Source of the DNA: Escherichia coli
GTDB taxonomy: Bacteria; Pseudomonadota; Gammaproteobacteria; Enterobacterales; Enterobacteriaceae
Reading direction: 5' to 3' (one strand)
NCBI RefSeq assembly: GCF_003334785.1
Contig: NZ_QOWV01000001.1
Length of the DNA stretch: 64,000 nucleotides
Shown here: positions 23,672 through 34,382 of the stretch, one piece after another
How positions within the stretch are numbered: the stretch's first letter is position 1
How the letters are laid out: every line of letters starts with the position of its first letter
Position numbers and translations under genes: made by a program
The notes under the pieces: generated by a model
Database searches by the model: none
Told to the model about the DNA's origin: nothing
Seen by the model: only the letters and a program-made list of their open reading frames with translations

Positions 23672-24529
23672 TTAATGGTGGTCGTTTTCACGCAGGTAAA
23701 TGACCCAGTATGTCAACCCAACCAACAAACCACCACCGATAATGTTGCCGATCGTAACCGGAATCAGGTTATCAGTGATGAAATTCATCACGGTCAGGTG
23801 AGAAAAATTTTCCGGTGCAGAACCGACTGCGGTCCAAAATTCCGGGGATGCGAAGTCGCGGATTACAATACCCATCGGGATCATAAACATGTTTGCGATA
23901 CTGTGCTCAAAACCGCTGGCAACAAACATCGCGACCGGCAGCACCATAATGAACGCTTTGTCCATCAGGCTGCGGCCAGAATAACTCATCCATACTGCCA
24001 GACATACCATCAGGTTTGCCAGGATACCAAGACAGACGGCCTCAATAAAAGTATGGTGCACTTTGTGGTCGGCGGTTTGTAGGACGTTTAGTCCCCATTG
24101 ACCATTTGCGGTCATATACTCGCCGGAAAGCCACATTAAAAGTACAAACAGCAGTGCGCCGACCAGGTTGCCAAAATAGACATTTAGCCAGTTTTTCGCC
24201 AACTGACCCCAGGTGATGCGCCCACTCGCCTTAGCAACAACAATCAACACGGTGGAAGTAAAGAGATCGGCTCCGCAGACAACACAAAGAATCAGCCCCA
24301 GAGAGAAGCAAATGCCGCCAACCAGTTTTGCCATGCCGAAGGGCATTGTGCCTGTGCCAGTGGTTGCTGTGATATAGAAGACGAATGCGATTGAGATGAA
24401 AACACCGGCGGTAATCGCCAGATAGAAAGTCTTAAGCGGATGTTTCGTTGCTTTATAGACACCCGCCTCTTCGGCCACTTTGGCCATTGCAGCAGGAAGT
24501 AAAAGATCAAAAGGGTTGTCAGCTTTCAC
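23672..24529 (-). CDS. focA: Formate channel FocA (FNT family)
   Basis: 285 aa from GTG at 24529 (fMet-KADNPFDLLLPAAMAKVAEEAG...). Track ORF 23672..24703 extends 58 codons upstream into the promoter region; GTG start follows established annotation. Confidence 0.9.
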   Translation of the reverse strand: MKADNPFDLLLPAAMAKVAEEAGVYKATKHPLKTFYLAITAGVFISIAFVFYITATTGTGTMPFGMAKLVGGICFSLGLILCVVCGADLFTSTVLIVVAKASGRITWGQLAKNWLNVYFGNLVGALLFVLLMWLSGEYMTANGQWGLNVLQTADHKVHHTFIEAVCLGILANLMVCLAVWMSYSGRSLMDKAFIMVLPVAMFVASGFEHSIANMFMIPMGIVIRDFASPEFWTAVGSAPENFSHLTVMNFITDNLIPVTIGNIIGGGLLVGLTYWVIYLRENDHH

Positions 24530-24589
24530 ACTAACTCTCTCTTTATTAAGTCGGCGACGAGATACTAACAAAGCATTATAGATGAGAAA

Positions 24590-24603
24590 TTGATATAGAT
24601 CAT
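24590..24603. promoter_or_regulatory. FNR box candidate in focA-pflB promoter region
   Basis: TTGAT-atag-ATCAT, one mismatch to TTGAT-N4-ATCAA, 61 bp upstream of the focA start in a very AT-rich 400-bp regulatory region. Confidence 0.6.
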
Positions 24604-24934
24604 ATCTCGCCTGGCTTATAGGCCCGTAACTCGCATGGTTTTTATGCAAATACGGAGTAAATATTTGATTATCCAAATAAAAATAAATTTTAAAAATTAA
24701 CAAATGAGTTGAATTTTTTCCGCATCCTCCGCTAAAACAGTTAATTAAAAGGGAGCATCAGGCGAATAAAGTAACAATATCGATCGTATTTATTAAATAC
24801 AAATTACCGATATTTAACCTTATAATTACAATTATTTTATTAATGCAAATATATGTAAAGCGGGGCATTAAAAAAACGCCCCGTAATATAACTCAGACTA
24901 ATCATTAAGCCTACATTGCGTAGGCTATTTGATT

Positions 24935-26695
24935 TTATTTTGCCCAGAATGCTGCTTTGGCGCGCTGCAGCTTTTCGTAGGCCTTCAACAACGACTGATG
25001 TGCAGCAAACGCGTGCAGATCGCTATCTACCGGTTGCAGGCCGTAAAACGCCGCTTCGCCGCTCATTGCCGCACTGGCGGCTTCTACGGCATCTGCGCCG
25101 TACATGCGAACAAACGCATTCAGATATTGCAGCGGCTGGCGATCTTCTTCCTGTGCCAGTAATAACAACGTTTGCAGGCAGCGATAATAGTTGGCGCGTT
25201 CCGGACTAAATACTGATGAGTTAAACTCCATCGTCCATTCGGTCCAGACCAGAGCCTGTTCCAGATCGCCACCAGCCAGCGCCAGCATGGCTTTTAATTC
25301 ACCGATACGCAGGGTGTACCAACCGTTATCCGACCCGGTCGCCAGACCCAACAGCTCACGCACGCGGGTAAAGTCATCAAAACCTTCTTCATCCAGTTGC
25401 TCGATGAGGTTCAGGTAATCTTCTTTTTCCCACTCGCTGCCTGGTAGCGAAAGAATCGTTTCACGTAAATGGCTGCCCATACTGTTATTCGCGAGCCACA
25501 GATCTTCAGCCGGATAAATATCGGACATGCCAGGCACGATAATACGGCAAGCATAAACGCCCAGATGCTCGTAATCGGCAATATAAACTTCTTTATCTTC
25601 TTTGTTGAAGATAGCCATCAGTGTGGCGAACTCTTCTTCCGTGGTGCCGGAGAAATTCCAGTCCACAAACGGATAATCGGCATCCTGCTTGAACAGGTCC
25701 CAGGAGATTAAACCGCTGGAATCGATAAAGTGCGTTTCGAGGTTGGTATGTTCAGCGACTTCTTCATCATCGAAGGTTGGCGGAGTAAACACATCCAAAT
25801 CTTTCAGGCCACGACCTTGCAGCAGCTCGGTCACGGTACGTTCCAGTGCTACGCCAAAATCAGGATGCGCACCGAAAGAGGCAAAGCAGGTACCGTTAGC
25901 AGGATTGAACAGTACCACGCAAATCACCGGATACTGGCCGCCAAGCGAACCGTCATAAGCGAAGATTGGGAAACCCTCCGCTTCCAGCGTTTCGATGGCT
26001 TCAACTACTGCTGGGTAACGCGCCAGCACGTCTGCCGGGATCTCTGGCAGGCTGATGCTTTCAGCAATAATGCGGTTTTTCACGTAGCGTTCGAAAACTT
26101 CAGACAATCCCTGAACGCGTGCTTCGTTGCGGGTATTACCTGCGGACATACCGTTGGAGACGTACAGGTTACCAATGATATTCATCGGAATATAAACGGT
26201 CTGATTGTCGGACTGACGCGTAAACGGCAGGCCGCAAATACCACGATCTTCGTTACCGGATTGTAGGTCAATCAGCATGCTGCCGGTCAGTTCATTCTCC
26301 GGATCATAAAACGCGCGCAGACGGTCATCGAGCAGCCCTTCTGGCACATCGTCATTTTCGGTCAGTGGGAACCATTTTTCGTTGGGATAATGCACGAACG
26401 GACCGTTGGCGATGGTTTCGCCCAGCCAGAAGTCCGCAAAAAAGTAGTTGGTTGAGAGACGCTCGAAATATTCACCGAGTGCAGAAGCCAGCGCCGCTTT
26501 CTTGGTTGCGCCTTTACCGTTGGTAAAACACAGTGCGCACTCTTTGTCGCGAATATGTACAGACCAGACGTTAGGCACGGGATTCAGCCAGGAGGCCTCT
26601 TCAATCTGAAAGCCGAGGTCTGAAAGTTTTTGCTGGAAGCGAGCGATGGAATCTTCCAGAGCGGCATCTTTGCCGGGGATAAATGTTTGCGTCAT
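24935..26695 (-). CDS. ycaO: YcaO-domain ATP-dependent protein (ribosomal protein S12 methylthiolation accessory factor)
   Basis: 586 aa from ATG 26695 (MTQTFIPGKDAALEDSIARFQQKL...); track ORF adds 11 codons upstream. Confidence 0.92.
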   Translation of the reverse strand: MTQTFIPGKDAALEDSIARFQQKLSDLGFQIEEASWLNPVPNVWSVHIRDKECALCFTNGKGATKKAALASALGEYFERLSTNYFFADFWLGETIANGPFVHYPNEKWFPLTENDDVPEGLLDDRLRAFYDPENELTGSMLIDLQSGNEDRGICGLPFTRQSDNQTVYIPMNIIGNLYVSNGMSAGNTRNEARVQGLSEVFERYVKNRIIAESISLPEIPADVLARYPAVVEAIETLEAEGFPIFAYDGSLGGQYPVICVVLFNPANGTCFASFGAHPDFGVALERTVTELLQGRGLKDLDVFTPPTFDDEEVAEHTNLETHFIDSSGLISWDLFKQDADYPFVDWNFSGTTEEEFATLMAIFNKEDKEVYIADYEHLGVYACRIIVPGMSDIYPAEDLWLANNSMGSHLRETILSLPGSEWEKEDYLNLIEQLDEEGFDDFTRVRELLGLATGSDNGWYTLRIGELKAMLALAGGDLEQALVWTEWTMEFNSSVFSPERANYYRCLQTLLLLAQEEDRQPLQYLNAFVRMYGADAVEAASAAMSGEAAFYGLQPVDSDLHAFAAHQSLLKAYEKLQRAKAAFWAK

Positions 26696-26824
26696 GAAAA
26701 TCACTTTAGTCGTACGGAAAGCGCGCAATAATACGGGTTTTATCTCAAAGGCGCTATCACCGCCGCCATGCCGATGAACTGTTGACTATGCTTTTAGCGG
26801 ATAAACCACGTTAAGAGCATAAAA

Positions 26825-27517
26825 ATGAAGGCGTTCGATCTCCACCGTATGGCATTTGATAAAGTGCCTTTTGATTTCCTTGGCGAAGTTGCACTACGTA
26901 GTCTTTATACCTTTGTACTGGTCTTTTTGTTCCTCAAAATGACCGGAAGACGCGGTGTGCGGCAGATGTCGCTGTTTGAAGTTTTAATCATTCTGACGCT
27001 GGGATCAGCGGCGGGAGATGTGGCGTTTTATGATGATGTGCCGATGGTCCCGGTACTTATCGTCTTTATTACTCTGGCGTTGTTATACCGCCTGGTAATG
27101 TGGTTGATGGCGCACAGTGAAAAACTGGAAGATCTTCTGGAAGGCAAGCCAGTTGTCATTATTGAAGATGGCGAGCTGGCCTGGTCGAAACTCAATAACT
27201 CCAACATGACGGAATTTGAGTTCTTTATGGAGCTACGATTGCGTGGCGTGGAGCAGCTGGGGCAGGTACGTCTGGCGATTCTCGAAACCAACGGGCAAAT
27301 CAGTGTCTATTTCTTTGAAGATGACAAGGTGAAACCGGGTTTACTTATTTTACCCAGTGATTGTACGCAGCGTTACAAAGTGGTGCCGGAGTCGGCGGAC
27401 TATGCCTGTATTCGTTGTAGTGAAATCATTCATATGAAAGCGGGGGAAAAACAATTATGTCCGCGCTGTGCAAATCCAGAATGGACGAAGGCAAGTCGGG
27501 CAAAACGGGTGACCTGA
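26825..27517 (+). CDS. ycaP: DUF421-family inner membrane protein YcaP
   Basis: 230 aa; hydrophobic N-terminal half; C-terminal CxxC...CxxC (CIRCSEIIHMKAGEKQLCPRC). Confidence 0.88.
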   Translation: MKAFDLHRMAFDKVPFDFLGEVALRSLYTFVLVFLFLKMTGRRGVRQMSLFEVLIILTLGSAAGDVAFYDDVPMVPVLIVFITLALLYRLVMWLMAHSEKLEDLLEGKPVVIIEDGELAWSKLNNSNMTEFEFFMELRLRGVEQLGQVRLAILETNGQISVYFFEDDKVKPGLLILPSDCTQRYKVVPESADYACIRCSEIIHMKAGEKQLCPRCANPEWTKASRAKRVT

Positions 27518-27715
27518 CAGTAAAAACATCGGCTTTTTGCTAATAATCCGAGAGATTCTTTTGTGTGATGCAAGCCACATTTTTGCCCTCAACGGTTTTA
27601 CTCATTGCGATGTGTGTCACTGAATGATAAAACCGATAGCCACAGGAATAATGTATTACCTGTGGTCGCAATCGATTGACCGCGGGTTAATAGCAACGCA
27701 ACGTGGTGAGGGGAA

Positions 27716-28804
27716 ATGGCTCAAATCTTCAATTTTAGTTCTGGTCCGGCAATGCTACCGGCAGAGGTGCTTAAACAGGCTCAACAGGAACTGCGCGACT
27801 GGAACGGTCTTGGTACGTCGGTGATGGAAGTGAGTCACCGTGGCAAAGAGTTCATTCAGGTTGCAGAGGAAGCCGAGAAGGATTTTCGCGATCTTCTTAA
27901 TGTCCCCTCCAACTACAAGGTATTATTCTGCCATGGCGGTGGTCGCGGTCAGTTTGCTGCGGTACCGCTGAATATTCTCGGTGATAAAACCACCGCAGAT
28001 TATGTTGATGCCGGTTACTGGGCGGCAAGTGCCATTAAAGAAGCGAAAAAATACTGCACGCCTAATGTCTTTGACGCCAAAGTGACTGTTGATGGTCTGC
28101 GCGCGGTTAAGCCAATGCGTGAATGGCAACTCTCTGATAATGCTGCTTATATGCATTATTGCCCGAATGAAACCATCGATGGTATCGCCATCGACGAAAC
28201 GCCAGACTTCGGCGCAGATGTGGTGGTCGCCGCTGACTTCTCTTCAACCATTCTTTCCCGTCCGATTGACGTCAGCCGTTATGGTGTAATTTACGCTGGC
28301 GCGCAGAAAAATATCGGCCCGGCTGGCCTGACAATCGTCATCGTTCGTGAAGATTTGCTGGGCAAAGCGAATATCGCGTGTCCGTCGATTCTGGATTATT
28401 CCATCCTCAACGATAACGGCTCCATGTTTAACACGCCGCCGACATTTGCCTGGTATCTATCTGGTCTGGTCTTTAAATGGCTGAAAGCGAACGGCGGTGT
28501 AGCTGAAATGGATAAAATCAATCAGCAAAAAGCAGAACTGCTATATGGGGTGATTGATAACAGCGATTTCTACCGCAATGACGTGGCGAAAGCTAACCGT
28601 TCGCGGATGAACGTGCCGTTCCAGTTGGCGGACAGTGCGCTTGACAAATTGTTCCTTGAAGAGTCTTTTGCTGCTGGCCTTCATGCACTGAAAGGTCACC
28701 GTGTGGTCGGCGGAATGCGCGCTTCTATTTATAACGCCATGCCGCTGGAAGGCGTTAAAGCGCTGACAGACTTCATGGTTGAGTTCGAACGCCGTCACGG
28801 TTAA
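27716..28804 (+). CDS. serC: Phosphoserine aminotransferase
   Basis: 362 aa [26 protein letters not shown]...; class V aminotransferase. Confidence 0.96.
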   Translation: MAQIFNFSSGPAMLPAEVLKQAQQELRDWNGLGTSVMEVSHRGKEFIQVAEEAEKDFRDLLNVPSNYKVLFCHGGGRGQFAAVPLNILGDKTTADYVDAGYWAASAIKEAKKYCTPNVFDAKVTVDGLRAVKPMREWQLSDNAAYMHYCPNETIDGIAIDETPDFGADVVVAADFSSTILSRPIDVSRYGVIYAGAQKNIGPAGLTIVIVREDLLGKANIACPSILDYSILNDNGSMFNTPPTFAWYLSGLVFKWLKANGGVAEMDKINQQKAELLYGVIDNSDFYRNDVAKANRSRMNVPFQLADSALDKLFLEESFAAGLHALKGHRVVGGMRASIYNAMPLEGVKALTDFMVEFERRHG

Positions 28805-28823
28805 TGCCGAAATTTTGCTTAAT

Positions 28824-28858
28824 CCCCACAGCCAGCCTGTGGGGTTTTTATTTCTGTT
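28824..28858 (+). terminator. Terminator-like hairpin between serC and aroA (partial terminator/attenuator)
   Basis: ccccacag-ccagc-ctgtgggg 8-bp GC-rich stem followed by TTTTTATTTCTGTT, 17 bp before the aroA ATG. Confidence 0.7.
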
Positions 28859-28874
28859 GTAGAGAGTTGAGTTC

Positions 28875-30158
28875 ATGGAATCCCTGACGTTACAACCCAT
28901 CGCTCGTGTCGATGGCACTATTAATCTGCCCGGTTCCAAGAGCGTTTCTAACCGCGCTTTATTGCTGGCGGCATTAGCACACGGCAAAACAGTATTAACC
29001 AATCTGCTGGATAGCGATGACGTGCGCCATATGCTGAATGCATTAACAGCGTTAGGGGTAAGCTATACGCTTTCAGCCGATCGTACGCGTTGCGAAATTA
29101 TCGGTAACGGCGGTCCATTACACGCAGAAGGTGCCCTGGAGTTGTTCCTCGGTAACGCCGGAACGGCAATGCGTCCGCTGGCGGCAGCTCTTTGTCTGGG
29201 TAGCAATGATATTGTGCTGACCGGTGAGCCGCGTATGAAAGAACGCCCGATTGGTCATCTGGTGGATGCGCTGCGCCTGGGCGGGGCGAAGATCACTTAC
29301 CTGGAACAAGAAAATTATCCGCCGTTGCGTTTACAGGGCGGCTTTACTGGCGGCAACGTTGACGTTGATGGCTCCGTTTCCAGCCAATTCCTCACCGCAC
29401 TGTTAATGACTGCGCCTCTTGCGCCGGAAGATACGGTGATTCGTATTAAAGGCGATCTGGTTTCTAAACCTTATATCGACATCACACTCAATCTGATGAA
29501 GACGTTTGGTGTTGAAATTGAAAATCAGCACTATCAACAATTTGTCGTAAAAGGCGGGCAGTCTTATCAGTCTCCGGGTACTTATTTGGTCGAAGGCGAT
29601 GCATCTTCGGCTTCTTACTTTCTGGCAGCAGCAGCAATCAAAGGCGGCACTGTAAAAGTGACCGGTATTGGACGTAACAGTATGCAGGGTGATATTCGCT
29701 TTGCTGATGTGCTGGAAAAAATGGGCGCGACCATTTGCTGGGGCGATGATTATATTTCCTGCACGCGTGGTGAACTGAACGCTATTGATATGGATATGAA
29801 CCATATTCCTGATGCGGCGATGACCATTGCCACGGCGGCGTTATTTGCAAAAGGCACCACCACGCTGCGCAATATCTATAACTGGCGTGTTAAAGAGACC
29901 GATCGCCTGTTTGCGATGGCAACAGAACTGCGTAAAGTCGGCGCGGAAGTGGAAGAGGGGCACGATTACATTCGTATCACTCCTCCGGAAAAACTGAACT
30001 TTGCCGAGATCGCGACATACAATGATCACCGGATGGCGATGTGTTTCTCGCTGGTGGCGTTGTCAGATACACCAGTGACGATTCTTGATCCCAAATGCAC
30101 GGCCAAAACATTTCCGGATTATTTCGAGCAGCTGGCGCGGATTAGCCAGGCAGCCTGA
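28875..30158 (+). CDS. aroA: 3-phosphoshikimate 1-carboxyvinyltransferase (EPSP synthase)
   Basis: 427 aa [35 protein letters not shown]... Confidence 0.96.
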   Translation: MESLTLQPIARVDGTINLPGSKSVSNRALLLAALAHGKTVLTNLLDSDDVRHMLNALTALGVSYTLSADRTRCEIIGNGGPLHAEGALELFLGNAGTAMRPLAAALCLGSNDIVLTGEPRMKERPIGHLVDALRLGGAKITYLEQENYPPLRLQGGFTGGNVDVDGSVSSQFLTALLMTAPLAPEDTVIRIKGDLVSKPYIDITLNLMKTFGVEIENQHYQQFVVKGGQSYQSPGTYLVEGDASSASYFLAAAAIKGGTVKVTGIGRNSMQGDIRFADVLEKMGATICWGDDYISCTRGELNAIDMDMNHIPDAAMTIATAALFAKGTTTLRNIYNWRVKETDRLFAMATELRKVGAEVEEGHDYIRITPPEKLNFAEIATYNDHRMAMCFSLVALSDTPVTILDPKCTAKTFPDYFEQLARISQAA

Positions 30159-30201
30159 ATGAACAACGGGCAATAAATAGCCAAATCTTTCTTTATCAAA
30201 A

Positions 30202-30228
30202 CGTCGGCACATTGTCGGCGTTTTTTTT
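30202..30228 (+). terminator. Intrinsic terminator of serC-aroA operon
   Basis: RNA-level hairpin CGUCGGC-ACAUU-GUCGGCG (7 bp including two G.U pairs) followed by UUUUUUUU. At DNA level the arms look like a direct repeat. Confidence 0.6.
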
Positions 30229-30326
30229 CGGACCTTGTGAGTCATTTTGATTAATGGTAGCGTCGCTTGTCAATGTAAGTTGTTGATACATAATATTTAT
30301 ATATGATTAATCAACGGATGATTCAC

Positions 30327-31091
30327 ATGAAGAATACTAAATTACTGCTGGCGATTGCGACCTCTGCAGCATTACTGACAGGGTGTCAAAATACCCACGG
30401 TATTGATACCAATATGGCTATCAGCTCCGGTTTAAATGCCTATAAAGCAGCAACATTAAGCGATGCCGATGCAAAAGCGATTGCCAATCAGGGCTGTGCC
30501 GAAATGGACAGCGGCAATCAAGTCGCAAGTAAATCCAGCAAGTACGGTAAACGTCTGGCAAAAATCGCCAAAGCATTGGGTAACAATATTAATGGCACGC
30601 CGGTCAACTATAAGGTTTATATGACCAGCGACGTCAACGCATGGGCGATGGCGAACGGCTGTGTTCGTGTCTACAGTGGCCTGATGGACATGATGAATGA
30701 CAACGAAATTGAAGGCGTTCTGGGCCATGAACTGGGCCACGTCGCGTTGGGTCACTCGCTGGCTGAAATGAAAGCTTCTTATGCGATCGTTGCCGCACGC
30801 GATGCCATTTCAGCTACCAGCGGTGTGGCTTCCCAGCTTTCCCGCTCACAATTAGGTGATATCGCAGAAGGCGCTATCAATGCTAAATACTCCCGTGATA
30901 AAGAGTCCGAAGCAGATGATTTCTCCTTTGATCTGTTGAAGAAACGTGGCATCAGCACCCAGGGGCTGGTTGGCAGCTTTGAAAAACTGGCTAGCCTGGA
31001 TGGCGGTCGCACCCAGTCCATGTTTGACTCTCACCCACCATCAACAGAGCGTGCGCAACACATCCGTGATCGTATCGCCTCTGGTAAGTAA
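30327..31091 (+). CDS. ycaL: Lipoprotein M48-family metalloprotease YcaL
   Basis: 254 aa from ATG 30327 (MKNTKLLLAIATSAALLTGCQ...); lipobox LLTGC; HExxH zinc motif (HELGH). Confidence 0.9.
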   Translation: MKNTKLLLAIATSAALLTGCQNTHGIDTNMAISSGLNAYKAATLSDADAKAIANQGCAEMDSGNQVASKSSKYGKRLAKIAKALGNNINGTPVNYKVYMTSDVNAWAMANGCVRVYSGLMDMMNDNEIEGVLGHELGHVALGHSLAEMKASYAIVAARDAISATSGVASQLSRSQLGDIAEGAINAKYSRDKESEADDFSFDLLKKRGISTQGLVGSFEKLASLDGGRTQSMFDSHPPSTERAQHIRDRIASGK

Positions 31092-31263
31092 ATCATTGTC
31101 ATCTTTCGGGCTGGTCTTCTGCCAGCCCGCTATAATTGCGCAATAAATCCCCATCTGAATACAGACAAAACTGGTTTTTGCACACAACGTTAACGATTTG
31201 TGGCGTCGGCGCGTATAATGCGCGCGGTTATGTTAACGGTACGCCTGTTTTAAGGAGATAAAG

Positions 31264-31947
31264 ATGACGGCAATTGCCCCGGTTATTACCATTGATGGCC
31301 CAAGCGGTGCAGGGAAAGGCACCTTGTGTAAGGCTATGGCGGAAGCGTTGCAATGGCATCTGCTGGACTCGGGTGCAATTTATCGCGTACTGGCATTGGC
31401 GGCATTACATCACCATGTTGATGTTGCGTCGGAAGATGCGCTGGTACCGCTGGCATCCCATCTGGATGTACGTTTTGTGTCGACCAATGGCAATCTGGAA
31501 GTGATCCTCGAAGGGGAAGATGTCAGCGGCGAAATTCGTACTCAGGAAGTGGCGAATGCAGCTTCACAAGTCGCGGCATTCCCACGCGTTCGTGAAGCAT
31601 TATTGCGTCGCCAACGCGCGTTTCGCGAATTACCAGGTCTGATTGCCGATGGCCGCGACATGGGAACGGTGGTATTCCCTGATGCACCAGTGAAAATTTT
31701 CCTTGACGCCTCCTCGGAAGAACGTGCGCATCGCCGCATGCTACAGTTGCAGGAGAAGGGCTTTAGTGTTAACTTTGAGCGCCTTTTGGCCGAGATCAAA
31801 GAACGCGACGACCGCGATCGTAACCGAGCGGTAGCGCCACTGGTTCCGGCAGCCGATGCTTTAGTGTTGGATTCCACCACCTTAAGCATTGAGCAAGTGA
31901 TTGAAAAAGCGCTACAATACGCGCGCCAGAAATTGGCTCTCGCATAA
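31264..31947 (+). CDS. cmk: Cytidylate kinase
   Basis: 227 aa; P-loop GPSGAGKGT. Confidence 0.95.
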
Positions 31948-32057
31948 GCGACCGAATTTGCAGTACCCCCGTTGCAATGGAATGACAGCGGGTATGTTAA
32001 ACAACCCCATCCGGCATGGAGCCAGGTGGACGTTAAATATAAACCTGAAGATTAAAC

Positions 32058-33731
32058 ATGACTGAATCTTTTGCTCAACTCTTTGAAGAGTCCTTAAAAG
32101 AAATCGAAACCCGCCCGGGTTCTATCGTTCGTGGCGTTGTTGTTGCTATCGACAAAGACGTAGTACTGGTTGACGCTGGTCTGAAATCTGAGTCCGCCAT
32201 CCCGGCTGAGCAGTTCAAAAACGCCCAGGGCGAGCTGGAAATCCAGGTAGGTGACGAAGTTGACGTTGCTCTGGACGCAGTAGAAGACGGCTTCGGTGAA
32301 ACTCTGCTGTCCCGTGAGAAAGCTAAACGTCACGAAGCCTGGATCACGCTGGAAAAAGCTTACGAAGATGCTGAAACTGTTACCGGTGTTATCAACGGCA
32401 AAGTTAAGGGCGGCTTCACTGTTGAGCTGAACGGTATTCGTGCGTTCCTGCCAGGTTCTCTGGTAGACGTTCGTCCGGTGCGTGACACTCTGCACCTGGA
32501 AGGCAAAGAGCTTGAATTTAAAGTAATCAAGCTGGATCAGAAGCGCAACAACGTTGTTGTTTCTCGTCGTGCCGTTATCGAATCCGAAAACAGCGCAGAG
32601 CGCGATCAGCTGCTGGAAAACCTGCAGGAAGGCATGGAAGTTAAAGGTATCGTTAAGAACCTCACTGACTACGGTGCATTCGTTGATCTGGGCGGCGTTG
32701 ACGGCCTGCTGCACATCACTGACATGGCCTGGAAACGCGTTAAGCATCCGAGCGAAATCGTCAACGTGGGCGACGAAATCACTGTTAAAGTGCTGAAGTT
32801 CGACCGCGAACGTACCCGTGTATCCCTGGGCCTGAAACAGCTGGGCGAAGATCCGTGGGTAGCTATCGCTAAACGTTATCCGGAAGGTACCAAACTGACT
32901 GGTCGCGTGACCAACCTGACCGACTACGGCTGCTTCGTTGAAATCGAAGAAGGCGTTGAAGGCCTGGTACACGTTTCCGAAATGGATTGGACCAACAAAA
33001 ACATCCACCCGTCCAAAGTTGTTAACGTTGGCGATGTAGTGGAAGTTATGGTTCTGGATATCGACGAAGAACGTCGTCGTATCTCCCTGGGTCTGAAACA
33101 GTGCAAAGCTAACCCGTGGCAGCAGTTCGCGGAAACCCACAACAAGGGCGACCGTGTTGAAGGTAAAATCAAGTCTATCACTGACTTCGGTATCTTCATC
33201 GGCCTGGACGGCGGCATCGACGGCCTGGTTCACCTGTCTGACATCTCCTGGAACGTTGCAGGCGAAGAAGCAGTTCGTGAATACAAAAAAGGCGACGAAA
33301 TCGCTGCAGTTGTTCTGCAGGTTGACGCAGAACGTGAACGTATCTCCCTGGGCGTTAAACAGCTCGCAGAAGATCCGTTCAACAACTGGGTTGCTCTGAA
33401 CAAGAAAGGCGCTATCGTAACCGGTAAAGTAACTGCAGTTGACGCTAAAGGCGCAACCGTAGAACTGGCTGACGGCGTTGAAGGTTACCTGCGTGCTTCT
33501 GAAGCATCCCGTGACCGCGTTGAAGACGCTACCCTGGTTCTGAGCGTTGGCGACGAAGTTGAAGCTAAATTCACCGGCGTTGATCGTAAAAACCGCGCAA
33601 TCAGCCTGTCTGTTCGTGCGAAAGACGAAGCTGACGAGAAAGATGCAATCGCAACTGTTAACAAACAGGAAGATGCAAACTTCTCCAACAACGCAATGGC
33701 TGAAGCTTTCAAAGCAGCTAAAGGCGAGTAA
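32058..33731 (+). CDS. rpsA: 30S ribosomal protein S1
   Basis: 557 aa; six tandem S1 RNA-binding repeats; strongly biased codon usage. Confidence 0.97.
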
Positions 33732-33741
33732 TTCTCTGACT

Positions 33742-33772
33742 CTTCGGGATTTTTATTCCGAAGTTTGTTGAG
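33742..33772 (+). terminator. Candidate terminator after rpsA
   Basis: cttcgg-gatttttatt-ccgaag 6-bp stem followed by TTTGTTGAGTTT; weak structure. Confidence 0.4.
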
Positions 33773-33890
33773 TTTACTTGACAGATTGCAGGTTTCGTCC
33801 TGTAATCAAGCACTAAGGGCGGCTACGGCCGCCCTTAATCAATGCAGCAACAGCAGCCGCTTAATTTGCCTTTAAGGAACCGGAGGAATC

Positions 33891-34175
33891 ATGACCAAGT
33901 CAGAATTGATAGAAAGACTTGCCACCCAGCAATCGCACATTCCCGCCAAGACGGTTGAAGATGCAGTAAAAGAGATGCTGGAGCATATGGCCTCGACTCT
34001 TGCGCAGGGCGAGCGTATTGAAATCCGCGGTTTCGGCAGTTTCTCTTTGCACTACCGCGCACCACGTACCGGACGTAATCCGAAGACTGGCGATAAAGTA
34101 GAACTGGAAGGAAAATACGTTCCTCACTTTAAACCTGGTAAAGAACTGCGCGATCGCGCCAATATTTACGGTTAA
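33891..34175 (+). CDS. ihfB: Integration host factor beta subunit
   Basis: 94 aa [33 protein letters not shown]... Confidence 0.96.
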
Positions 34176-34201
34176 GTTTTTTACTCAAACTTGAACGAGA
34201 G

Positions 34202-34227
34202 AAAAGCACCTGTCGGGTGCTTTTTTC
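34202..34227 (+). terminator. Intrinsic terminator of ihfB
   Basis: agcacc-tgtcg-ggtgct hairpin followed by TTTTTT, 27 bp after the ihfB stop. Confidence 0.8.
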
Positions 34228-34382
34228 ATTTCTCTAATCTGGAACTGGAAGCTGCCTCGCAGAGTTTTGAACAGTTTTCACCCTTTCGTTAAATTCTTCT
34301 GAATATGCCTCGGGGAACGCAAAATTCCCACCAGACAACCGCTCAACAAAGTTGCACACTTTCCATAAACAGGGAGGGGTGC

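Noticed and set aside
24665-24678. Second FNR-like motif TTGATtatcCAAAT in focA upstream region
   Set aside because: Only one half-site matches consensus; kept as a weak note inside a finding rather than as a feature.
31107-31129. Hairpin cgggctgg-tcttctg-ccagcccg after ycaL
   Set aside because: Good stem but no U-tract on either side and immediately followed by a TATAAT-like hexamer, so it is not a convincing terminator. It may be part of the cmk upstream promoter region.
32094-33233. 379-aa minus-strand ORF inside rpsA
   Set aside because: Antisense shadow of ribosomal protein S1; no motif, and rpsA on the sense strand is unambiguous.
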